From Nemertoderma westbladi (Eukaryota; Animalia; Xenacoelomorpha): a DNA stretch of 33,410 nt. The DNA lies in contig JAUCBJ010003854.1 of assembly GCA_032718475.1 (NCBI GenBank), positions 1 through 33,410 on the forward strand. Reading direction: 5' to 3'. A model generated the notes under the pieces. It was not told the origin of the DNA, did no database searches, and saw nothing but the letters and a program-made list of their open reading frames with translations. A program made the position numbers and the translations under genes. Every line of letters begins with the position of its first letter. Position 1 is the stretch's first letter. Positions 1 to 10,064 of this stretch are shown one piece after another.

Positions 1-1
1 G

Positions 2-2300
2 GAAGAAATAAGCAAGCAATGGAGTAAGTGGACGGGGAGTTTAGAACAGATGGGGACGTACAGCATGCCACGCGTGTATTTCCCGGATGGGGACATGAAG
101 GATCTGGACCTACACATGTTCTCCGATGCATCATTGGAAGCATACGGAGCGGCACTCTACCTAGTACAGCGAAAGGGGGCTCATAAGCCCAGACTCGCAT
201 TCAGTAAAGCAAAGTCGACGCCACCAGATTCAGCGTCAGTCCCGAAACTCGACTTGACAGCTGCGAGATTAGGAGTAAGGGCCACAGCCTACTTGATGGA
301 AGCTATACCCAACATAGTGGAAACACACTACTGGACGGACTCTATGGTAGTGCTCGGGTGGCTGCACAACAAGAAGACGAGATACACTATATTCGTCGCG
401 AATAGGGTAGACGAGATAAGGGCGATGACAGACTTAGAAAGGTGGCAATACTGCCCTACGGACGACAACCCAGCAGACCTGTTATCGAAGGGCATGGAAC
501 GCCACACTTTCTCAAAGAAGGAAGTGTTGTGGCAGCACGGCCACACTTCCTGAACGATAGATCGGCCTGACCACCAATGAAGAAGGTGGACCCGGGCTCA
601 GAGGAGGTATCACTAGGAGAAGAGGGAGAAGATTCAGAAGGAGAAGAGATATATAGTCAGATGGTGAGGGAAGTCAGGGAGGTGAAGCCGAAATTAGAAG
701 AACCATGCGACAACCCGACGGATAGGTTACTCAGCTACAGCTCCAGCTGGTACAAGACCAAGAAGTTGGTAGCGTACTGGAGGGCCTACGGGGATTTCCT
801 CAAGGGAGCTGGCAAGGATGCCAAGAGGAAACCAGATATCGATCTGGAGGGAGCGGCTAAGGCCGTGACATGGTACGAACAGAGAAGGTACTATGCCGAC
901 GAAGTGGATCGAGTTAGCAAGCAACAACATCTTCGTCGAGTCAGCGAGCTCATCGTGCTGTCACCACAACTAAACAATGATGGGATTCTGGTGATGAACT
1001 CCAGAGTGCTGAATACCAACAGCTTAATCATCCCACCAAAACCCATTATCATCCCCAACAGATCGCCGATAGTCCACCAGATCATTTGGGACTCCCACAA
1101 GTCGATACTACACGGAGGCACCAACCAAACCCTCACAGAGATACGGAGGACCTTCTGGATCACACAGCTAAGGAAGAAGATGAAGGCTGTAGTTGGGGAG
1201 TGCCAGACCTGCCGACGGACGAGAGAGAGGAGAGGGCCGTATTATTATTATTATTATTATAGACCAGATCACATTACCATCAGCACTACATTATTATATT
1301 ATTAATAGGTCTACATAAATACAATTGATCCGTACAGGAGATGGCGCCATTACCGGCCAGTAGGGTGAGACAGCACGACCCGCCATTCACGCACTGCGGC
1401 GTAGACATGTTCGGGCCAATTAAGATCAAGGTGATGCGGCACACGGAGAAATGCTACGACATCATCTTCGTTTGTAACAACACGAGGGTGGCGGGAATAG
1501 AACTTGCCCAGGATGCCACGGCATCGGCATTCATTAATGCCTTAGAGAGATTTAGAAACCGCAAAGGTGGAACGATTGCAGTGATCTATTCCGACAATGG
1601 GACCAACTTTGTGGGAGCGGAGAACGAGTTGGAGGAGGCCTTTGACATCCTAGAAGGAGACGATGTGAGGGTGGCCATGAGGAGACGACAGGTGAATTGG
1701 GAAAGGAGGACGCCATATGCACCGCATACTTTAGGATGCGTCGAGAGGCTTGTGGGTAGTTCCAAGCATCTGATGACGAAGTTGATGAACACACACATGA
1801 TGACAGAGGACATACTAAGGACGGTGCTAGCTAAATGTGAGGGAATCATCAATAGCAGACCGCTATATCCGGAGAATGACTACCCGGAATCACTAGACGT
1901 GCTAACACCAAGCCACTTTCTGATGGAAAGGCCGGTGACCATAGACATGCGGGGTGTAGACCCAGATGACATACACTCCCGACAGAGTTGGAAAGTCGCC
2001 AAGGCGATAAGCGCCGAGTACTGGAGGAGATGGGTCGAGGAATACCTACCCACATTACACAGGAGGAGCAAATGGAGAAACACCACTAGGGAGTTAAAGA
2101 AAGGTGACTTAGTGATCGTCACAGACGACACAATCATTAACAACCAGTGGAGGTTGGCGAGAGTAGTAGACACTTACCCCAACGAGGATGGAAGAGTCCG
2201 ATCGGTGGAAGTGCGGATAGGGGGCAAAATAGGAGCAAAGGACAGGAAGACCTGCAGGAGGTCTGTAGGAAAGTGCTGCCTATTAGAAGGAGCACCATAG
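2..2300 (+). pseudogene. pol: BEL/Pao pol C-terminus: RNase H (2-~540), integrase HHCC finger, DDE core and C-terminal domain; disrupted
   Basis: Motifs LHMFSDAS..AYGA, SKAK..P, PKLDL.AA.LG, YWTDS..VLGW, FVANRV..I, NPADLLSKG; H-x4-H...CQTC; PFTHCGVDMFGP, IYSDNGTNFVGA, CVERL, LTPSHFL, W.RW..EYLP.L..R.KW, DGRVRSV. Lesions: frameshift at ~540 (WQHG/PHFL), TGA at 568-570, frameshift plus insertion at ~1221-1334. Final stop TAG 2298-2300. Confidence 0.93.
1242..1329 (-). mobile_element. 88-bp AT-rich insertion with (TAA)n tail on minus strand; probable 5'-truncated non-LTR retroelement 3' end
   Basis: Flanked by CCGTA at 1237-1241 and 1330-1334. Starts with a (TTA)n run on +. Splits integrase between CQTCRR and (AV)QEMAPLP. 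Confidence 0.65.
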
Positions 2301-2481
2301 AGTTTAGTTGTCCAAGTGTTGGACTGAGGGGGTGGGATTGAGGGCGAGACGCCCTTCCCACACAAAATATAAAAAAAAATAAAAATAAAATAATAAAATA
2401 AAGTAGTAGAAAGAGAGTTAGAAAGTTAGAAAGAGAAAGTAATAAGTAAGTAGGCAGATAGAAGCGTTAGTAGAGTTAGAA

Positions 2482-2777
2482 AGTAAGAGGGTACATAGTA
2501 CCGTTAGTAAAGTTAGAGAGTAAGAGGGTACGTAGTACTGTTAGTGGAGTTAGAGTTAGAGAGTAAGAGGGTACGTAGTACCATTAGTAGAGTTAGAGTT
2601 AGAGAGTAAGAGGGTACGTAGTACTATTAGTAGAGTTAGAGTTAGAGAGTAAGAGGGTACGTAGTACCGTTAGTAGAGTTAGAGTTAGAGAGTAAGAGGG
2701 TACGTAGTACCGTTAGTAGAGTTAGAGTTAGAAAGTAAGAGGGTACGTAGTACCGTTAGTAGAGTTAGAGTTAGAAA
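2482..2777 (+). repeat. 43-bp minisatellite, ~7 copies (AGTAAGAGGGTACGTAGTACCGTTAGTAGAGTTAGAGTTAGAG)
   Basis: GTAAGAGGG recurs at 2483, 2520, 2563, 2606, 2649, 2692, 2735 (first spacing 37 bp, then 43 bp). Confidence 0.9.
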
Positions 2778-3015
2778 GTTAGAGAGTTAGTAAGAGTTAG
2801 AGAGTTAGTTAGAGTTAGTAAGAGTTAGTAGAGTTAGAGAGTCAGTAGAGTTGGAGAGTTAGAGTTAGTTAGAGTTAGTAAGAGTTAGAGAGTTGGTAGA
2901 GTTAGAGAGTTAGAGAGTCAGTAGAGTCGGAGAGTTAGAGTTAGTAGAGTTAGAGAGTTAGAGAGATAGAGAGTTAGAGAGTTAGTAGAGTTAGTAGAAA
3001 GAGAGTGGAGAGTGT
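2778..3015 (+). repeat. Degenerate (AGAGTT/AGTT/AG)n low-complexity tract, almost C-free
   Basis: Direct reading: runs of GTTAGA, GTTAGTAGA and GAGTTAGAGA. Confidence 0.85.
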
Positions 3016-3590
3016 GATATGTAAGTATATCATAGTAATAGTGGTGATAGGGTACGTAGTACCGTAGGGGCTGTGGGCATAGAAAGCACCACGAAAGTAA
3101 GAGGGGGCACGTGGGTACAGCAGGATAGACCGTGTAGGCCGCACGAGACAGACTACTGTACTGCACAGCCCATAGAATAGGTTAGAATGTTTGATACAGG
3201 GCCAGGAGGTTACCTGGTGCAGACTAGCACAGTAGGGAATAGCTAGTCTACTCTGTATGCAAACCATAGGGGTTATTTAGGAAAATAACCCACTATAAGT
3301 ATTAATAGCACAGTAATGGGATTAAAATTAGAATTCAAAATAAAATTCAACAAATTATAGTAACAGTAGGTGGGAAATTCTAGAACATAATAAAAGTAAC
3401 TGACAAATTTGGGGAATTTAGGAAAATTAGCACTTTGGGGGGTACATAGGTAAAATATAGTGTAAAACCCTAGTGTTCTGAGAGAGATTGGCCATTATCG
3501 AACCACACAGACCATCCTAACAACATCACTCATCTATCTTGAGCCTTGGTAAGGCACCACCTTGTAGGTGAGCGATTGGGAGTGTTCGAA

Positions 3591-6500
3591 ATGGCGGAAA
3601 GACTTGTCAGGAAGAGAAAGGTGGAAAGAGGTGGAAAGGAGAGACTAGTAGACTTCACCCAAAGAAATCCGGAGGAGAAGACGAGGGGATACTACGAGCC
3701 GTTAGCGAAGGGTCACAAGGCGCGAACGCTGCAGGACCATTTCAGGGAGATGCACGAGAGGCGGCTGGTCGGGACCTACGGGACACCATCGCTAGACAAC
3801 GCGATCCTCGAGCATTTCCACTATGTAGTGAAGGGAGACGAGGCGAAGTTCTGGATACCGAAGTATCTGAGGGAACCACCGAGAAAGGACTGGAAGAGGT
3901 TCATAGAGTCCGTAAGCAGGGGAGGATACATGGTCCTAGACGATGAAGGGACTGTGGAAGACGACGAGGGTTCGAGAAGAGGGTCGGCGGGGTCGGCCAG
4001 AACCATACTTCTGCATTTGGCTGCGCCAAATGGGGACATATTCCTGTTCGATCTGGGAATGTATGGGAAGAAGAGCGGGCCGAAGTTGAACCGCTTGCCA
4101 AGGGCGGTACAGAACCTAGTAAGGGAGAAGTCGATGATGAAGGTGGGATCGGCGATCCGCGACGATGCGGAGAGGATCGTCGGACTGGAGACCCCCAACC
4201 TCCTGGACATGCAAACGGTCTACATGGCCATGACAGGGCCAGCTGGGTTGGGATTGGTAGAGAATACAGGACATTGCGGAGCAGTGGCGATGGGCCAGCT
4301 CATGGGGCTCGTCTGATTCAGGGAGGAGTACGGAGCGGAGTTGGCGAACTCGCTGAAGTGGGGAGCGAGGCCAGGGAAACAGGAGGTGTATCAATTCTGG
4401 TATTCCGATATATAATTTCGATATATCCTGCAGGAGGATTGGATAATGATAGGTTTACTAAACCTATCCATGGCCGTGGTTATCGGAAGAGAGCCAACGG
4501 CGTTTCTGCTGTCAGGATCACCCCTGAACTACAGAAGAGCCTTCAAGGTGGCCTTCGAGGGTCTGGCAGACCACCCGGGGCTGAAGGGCGAGTCGGTATA
4601 CTACAACTGCCGATATCTAGTAGACAGGGAGGTGGATACACCATATCAGCGATGGGAGAAGCTGGAGGCGGATAGACTAGAGGAGAAGCGATTGGAAGAA
4701 ATCGCCAGATGAGAAAGGAGGGAAGCAGACGAAAGAGATGCGGAAGCTAGAGGAGAGGACTACGGGTTCGAGGCCCAGAACTTAGACGAGTTACGGTGGG
4801 GATCAGAGAGCTCGGGCGAGTTTCTGGGGGAGGAGCTAGGATGGACGGAAGAATCGCCGAAACAGTCGACATCAGGATTGCAAGCGATGCCCATGCCAGC
4901 GGGCGCCGAGGGCGATTTCGCGAAGAAGAGACCGAGAGAACTGGAAGGATGGAAAGTTACGGGCAAGAGTCAAGGTGGGAAGGGACACAGTGGGTCTGCC
5001 GGGATACCGGGATTGGATCCACTCCCAGTGGGGGATGAGGATGACGACGAGTTCGGGGAGATGCCGCCCATCGAGAGGATCGGCCACTCAGACACGGACT
5101 GGGTTGGCGGGAGAGTGGTGATGGCCAGCGGGGTGAGGGCCTTCTGGGACAAACCCGGCAAGCGGGCCTGGGTGCACGAGGAGCCGGCGATGGATTTCGC
5201 GAGGAGCACCATCAGGTTGGGCGAACAACCGGGGACGGCACCACAGCTAGTGTTTGGAGAAACGATGCCGAGGCGAGACGAGGACGTAGACATGGACAGT
5301 AGGGCGGTGCGTTTTTTACTTTTTTTCGATTTTATTGTTCTACCGGTGCACAAAAGTTGCCAAATGGTACAAAATTAAGGCAAAAAAAATTTCTCTAAAT
5401 TTCATCGATATCTTGACGGATCCCAAGGGGGTTGAAATTTTAATACTTCGCTATGCACCACAATGAAATTTATAACAATATAACACATTGATGAAAGATC
5501 AATGACGCAAGAAAGAACTTCCTTCATGCATCAAATGTCATCAAATGGGTCCAAACTTAGTTAGATACCAAAATTTTAAATATTGGATCTAGGGAACTAG
5601 AGCCACAGGCACATGGCCAGGATCTACCCTTTGGCACTAGTGACGATTATTCTCAATTTTTGCGATGGTCAACTTTTATTACTCCTACTACATTAATAGT
5701 ATGCTCATTCGAACCACAATGACCGATTTAGTGGGGGTAGACACCTTCAAAACTAACGTAGAGCGAATAGTTCTTGAGATATCGCAGAAAATGTTAAGTC
5801 CGGCATAAGTCTACATTACCGCCTTGAAGCGATATGGGCAAATACACTAACAATGATACTTTGAATTATCTTAAGGCATCAAAAATATACACATCACTGC
5901 AACAAATTCATTTAATGTATACAGACACCTTCAAAATGAAAGAGTAGTGATTAGTTCACTATAGTTTTTGTACGAAATGTGTGGAATGGGTCAACTCAAA
6001 CTCAATATCAAGTATCAATAAATTGGTGGACATAGTCTTGACATTTTGTAAAATAGCTCAAGAACTACTGACTCTACTCTTATTTTGAAGGTGTCTACAC
6101 CCACTACATTGATCATTTTCTGTGATGTGTCTATTCTTGATTCCTTGAGATAATTCAAAGTATCATTTTATTATATTTGTCCATATCGCATTAAGGCGGT
6201 AATGTAGACTTGTGCCGGACTTCACATTTTCAGCGATATCTCAAGAACTATTCGCTCTATGCTTGTTTTGATGGTGTCTACCCCAACTAAATCGGTCATT
6301 GCGGTTCTAATGAGCATTATATTAAAGCAGTAGGAGAACTAAAAGTTGGCCATCGCGAAAATTGAGAATAATCGTCACTTGCGCCAAAGGGTATGTTCTG
6401 CCCATGTGCCTGTGGCACTAGTTCCCTTGATCCACAAATCAAAATTGTGGTTTCTAACTAAGTTTGGACCCATTTCATGACATTTTATGCATGCAGGTAG

Positions 6501-7537
6501 TTCTTTCTTGAGTCATTGATCATTCATCAATATGTTATATAGTTATAAATTTCATTCGCGATGGCTCAAAATTTCAACCCCCTTGGGATCCGTTAAGATA
6601 TAGACAAAATTTATAGAAATTTTTTTTGCCTTAATTTTTTACCATTTGGCAACTTTTGTGCACCGGTAGAACAATGAAATCGAAAAAAAGTAAAAAACGC
6701 GCCACCCTAATGGACAGAGACGTTAACACCCAGAAGTTTGCTAACCAACGGCTCCATAGACCTAGGAGACCGCTTGGGGCAAAAGACAACTTGGGGCAGG
6801 ATGTGTTGATACACAGCTGCGACTACTGCGGGAGGCTTACTCACCAGGAGAAGAGCTGTTTGTATCGATTCCAGAAGGGGACGAGTTGCCTCTACTGCCG
6901 CGAATCGAGTCATAGGATGGGGGCGTGTCCGAGGTTGCATAACCGGTGTTCTAAGTGTAACTTCCGAGGGCACTACGGGCGCCAGTGCGACTGGATGGAC
7001 AACGAGGAGAAGTTTAAGATCTTAGAGGAGTGGGCCGACGTCGGCGTGATGACATGACAGAGAATGAAGGCCCAGGAGTTCCTGTGGGGTTTCTTCAATA
7101 TCAACCAGGAGGCCCATCTGGAAATCATTAAGAGGAGGCTTCCGTTTACTTACCAAGAAGTAGCGACGGCGGCATCGTATGGTGGGGTCATCAATACGCA
7201 GAGGTATTTAGATAGATGGGCCCCAGAGAACAGAGGAGAGTTCAGAGATTTCCTGGCGGAGCATGTGCCGCAGACCATGAAGATGATCTTGTGGGATGCT
7301 ACTAGGGGAAAGCAGGAGGGGCATTCGGAAGGGCCACCTGTGAAGCGTTACTGGGAGCTAATAACACCAGCGCCCAAGGAATCGACCACGGGAATCAGTA
7401 AGGAGGTAACGGCGAGAAAGAGGAGCCTTAAGGAGGATAAGAACAAGGAAGCGGCAACAACAAGGAAGCGACCGAGACAGGACGACAATAGAGGGAAGGA
7501 ACTGAGATGGTTCCCGAAGACAGGAGGAGCGAACTAA
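3591..7537 (+). pseudogene. Retrotransposon accessory ORF (~842 aa reconstructed): DEDDy 3'-5' exonuclease-like domain, acidic linker, 3x CCHC zinc knuckle, basic tail
   Basis: ORFs at 3546, 4446 and 4878 share one frame, separated only by single stops (TGA 4314, TAA 4413, TGA 4710). Removing 5300-6717 joins in frame to MDRDVNTQ; TGA 7055 is followed in frame by the 7064-7537 ORF. Exonuclease motifs MVLDDEG, ILLHLAAPNGDIFLFDL, LP..VQNLV.EKSMMKVG.AIRDD, NLLDM, *FRYILQED. Knuckles CDYCGRLTHQEKSC, CLYCRESSHRMGAC, CSKCNFRGHYGRQC (6818-6988). Confidence 0.8.
5300..6709. mobile_element. Non-autonomous hAT-like foldback DNA transposon, 1410 bp, with very long imperfect inverted arms
   Basis: 8-bp TSD ATGGACAG at 5292-5299 and 6710-6717. 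Termini TAGGGCGGTGCG / CGCGCCACCCTA. Arms alignable as reverse complements inward to ~5980/~6040. AT-rich, no transposase ORF. Confidence 0.92.
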
Positions 7538-8274
7538 GACTTTGAGGGGGAGATGTGGGGATGCCTGGAAGGCACCACATGCGAAGTAATACGAACTCCT
7601 AAGTGCAAATTTAATAAAAGGCAATTAGTATGTACGTATGTAATAATCAATAGAATATAATAATTAGAATCAGTACAATCAAAGTAAGTACTATAGTCAT
7701 GTAACCTTTTCCAACTAGCTACTGGGACTGGGGACCAATTGACTATGACAGGACAGGACACTAGACGAACCACACTTCTTGAGTGCGACGGCACAAAAGG
7801 GGAGGGTGAGGCTCGTCAGGAGTGATTGGAGCGAAACTAGTATGGGTCGAGTACAGGAGCACTGGGAAGATATTGAGAGGGGGTGTTGACGCATGTGGGA
7901 AGTAGACGGGTGCAATTCAAATGTGGGGAGCGAGCAGTAAGAGGGAGAGTAAGGGACAGAGAGGTCCGAGAGTGAGATAGAGTAGAGTGGAGTTAGAGTG
8001 GAGCTAAAGTGAAGTTAGAGTCAGTTCAGAGTGAGGAGATATAAAATTGTGTGAGAGGAGTCCACAATTGTCTCGAACTGGGACGTCAGATGTCTTGGTG
8101 CAACATAGGTTGTGGTTGCACCAAGAAGGGGTAGTAATATCATACCCAGAGGGAGCGGCCTGGAAAGCCGACTCCGGGAAAATAACTCCACCCCACACCC
8201 GATAGTAGATCGGGTTCCAGCGGAATTGAAGCGCACTTGTAGTTGATGCTATCTTCTCACCGGGAAGATAGCAT

Positions 8275-8284
8275 GGGGGGGGAG
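8275..8284 (+). promoter_or_regulatory. Polypurine tract (plus-strand primer)
   Basis: GGGGGGGGAG immediately before TGT, preceded by a perfect 11-bp hairpin ATGCTATCTTC/GAAGATAGCAT (8246-8274). Confidence 0.8.
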
Positions 8285-8914
8285 TGTAAGCGGATTCAAT
8301 TCCGCCTCATTACCCTCATAAATGGGATGGTGGCATTTTCAGCAATATGTTGGAGATACGAGATTAGCAATAATTAATCTCGTATCACAACCAACATCGG
8401 GGGACAGTACAAACCCCGAAGCCACAAACAAAGGGAGGTTAGAGGTCAAACCACCTCGGAGGGGACACAGCTAGCAGGGGCTAGCAAAAGAGGGGAAGCA
8501 CTCCCAGAGAGTGGAAAGGCGAGAAGTGGGTTATTAGCCAATAAGGGCAAAGGAGAGCATCCACTAGGTAGCAGGCCAAGGTAGCATAGGAGAAAAGTAA
8601 TATTGGTATATCATATATTATCTCCTTGCTACCGGTTTATCATTCAGTTACCCAGTTATCAGTTTCAGTGCAGACCGGCAACATTGTCTTACCGTTGTCA
8701 CTAAGTGCTGTTATACGCTATCATTCAGTTACTACTATAACCGGTTTGTCAATCCGTTATCAACTGTGATATTATTATTACATATATGTTGGAACCCAAG
8801 GAACATCAAACTCTAAGACATTTTTTCTCCAACGGCCTCGGCCAAGTTACCCGATATCAGCCTAGGGCGACGCGTACAAGCATTAACCCGGTCGGGATCC
8901 CTGATCCCGTCACA
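8285..8914 (+). repeat. 3' LTR (~630 bp), TGT...ACA
   Basis: Starts TGTAAGCGG after the PPT. Ends CCCGTCACA exactly where the adjacent LINE RT coding sequence is cut. No second LTR copy is in the window to confirm the ends. Confidence 0.7.
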
Positions 8915-9599
8915 AAAATCGGGATCTATACTACTTATCATATCATTTACATCGCATACAAAAAGCAGAGGACCTAATATATACTACCTTGCGGTACACC
9001 ACAGGAATCTCTTGTACAGTAGACTGTGATTTGCTAATGACTACAGTTTGACCTCTGTCTGACAGGTAGGTCTTGAACCAGTCTATAGAACCTACACCCA
9101 TCAGCAGGCCTAACTTACCAAGCAGAATTTCATGATCTACAGTATCGAAAGCCTTTTGTAGGTCCAACATTACCATACCAGTATATAAACCCTTTGCGTT
9201 ATTACATCTAATTGTATCAGTTAAGTTAATAAGGCAGGTGTCTGTAGAATATTATTTACGAAAACCGGACTGAAGTTCATAGATCAGATTTAGCCTACTA
9301 AGATGTGCTTCCAGCTGTAGAAAAACAGAACGTTCTAGAATTTTAGATACAATACTTGATACTAACAGGTCTGTAATTACAGGGTTCTACTTTAATATTC
9401 TTTTTATACAGAAGAACAACCTTAGCTAATTTCAGTTCGTCTGGTACTACATTATCTACAATAGAGTAATTAATAATAAAAGTAATAGGCACTTTAAGTA
9501 CTTCAGCACCATCTTTAAGAAAACGGGCAGGTATTAGGTCTAGACCGGTACTTTTTGAGGCTGATAGGCTAAGTAGATTTTGAAAAACGAAATCCTCGA
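8915..9599 (-). mobile_element. CR1-group (CR1/Crack/Daphne-like) LINE reverse transcriptase fragment, degenerate
   Basis: Minus-strand translation KSTGLDLIPARFLKDGA...NYRPVSI...SKILER...QSGFR...STDTCL...LDLQKAFDTVDH...WFKTYLSDR.Q.V...CGVPQGSI.LGPLLF..VNDM, with frameshifts and a stop. Ends before the YADD motif. Confidence 0.92.
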
Positions 9600-9911
9600 A
9601 TTACCCCAAACCAGAATACCCCGAAATACTTGTTTTTCACTCACGTTTATTGTTTTGGTTAGAAAAACTTGCCACTGTAAACTGCTCCTTTCCGTCGCCG
9701 TTTCTAAACATTGTTGGCTTATTTCGGGGTACCGGTACCGGTAATAGTTTAGCCTTTTTGTGGTATTTTGTGACTATTTTGGGGTAGGCCTAATTCGTAG
9801 GACCCTCTAACAGTCTAATGTTAACATATATTGGTTTTATATTGATCACATTCTGACATTACAGCATTAAATTATAAATTTTGCGTTTTTCAAACACTGC
9901 AAAAACAGCGT

Positions 9912-9982
9912 TGCCTGGTCGAGGGATCGAACCAGGGCCTCCTACTTGGAAGCCTAAGGTTGTCACCACTAGACCATGAGGC
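9912..9982 (-). pseudogene. Degenerate tRNA-like sequence (Gly-TCC-like; tRNA pseudogene or SINE head)
   Basis: Minus strand GCCTCATGGTCTAGTGGTGACAACCTTAGGCTTCCAAGTAGGAGGCCCTGGTTCGATCCCTCGACCAGGCA. A box TGGTCTAGTGG, B box GGTTCGATCC, CTTCCAA loop, TTTTT just downstream. Stems pair poorly. Confidence 0.6.
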
Positions 9983-10000
9983 TGCTTAAAAATGACAATT

Positions 10001-10064
10001 AGTTGCCGTAAATTGCGGTTAGGTAGTTGCGGTAAATTGCGGTTAGTTGCGGTAAATTGCGGTT
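10001..10064. repeat. Three tandem copies of ~20-bp AGTTGCGGTAAATTGCGGTT
   Basis: Direct reading, copies at 10001, 10025 and 10045. Confidence 0.85.

Larger units (their letters stand above)
1..8914 (+). mobile_element. BEL/Pao LTR retrotransposon, 3' part (pol end, ~6 kb accessory region, PPT, 3' LTR), decayed
   Basis: RNase H followed by integrase with Pao-type motifs. GGGGGGGGAG purine tract at 8275-8284 is followed directly by TGT. Purine-rich + strand through pol and the accessory ORF. 5' part lies outside the window, so inclusion of 2301-8284 in the same element is inferred. Confidence 0.8.

Noticed and set aside
2760-3010. Telomeric repeat (TTAGAG resembles TTAGG/TTAGGG)
   Set aside because: Irregular, lacks GG runs, and sits inside a retrotransposon.
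4970-6709. ORFs starting MCTGRT..KSKKSKKR at 5353(-) and 6656(+)
   Set aside because: The shared N-termini are the two inverted termini of the foldback element read outward, not real starts.
6818-6988. Gag of a second nested retrotransposon
   Set aside because: The knuckles are in frame with the upstream exonuclease-like region. No capsid, protease or pol follows, and the spacing is uniform CX2CX4HX4C rather than the BEL Gag pattern.
3591-7537. env gene
   Set aside because: No signal peptide or C-terminal transmembrane anchor is visible; the protein is hydrophilic with nucleic-acid-binding motifs.
8870-8878. Alternative LTR end at CGCGTACA
   Set aside because: The end at 8914 coincides with the LINE RT breakpoint and leaves no unexplained gap.
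9912-9982. Functional tRNA-Gly gene
   Set aside because: Acceptor, anticodon and T stems contain multiple mismatches.
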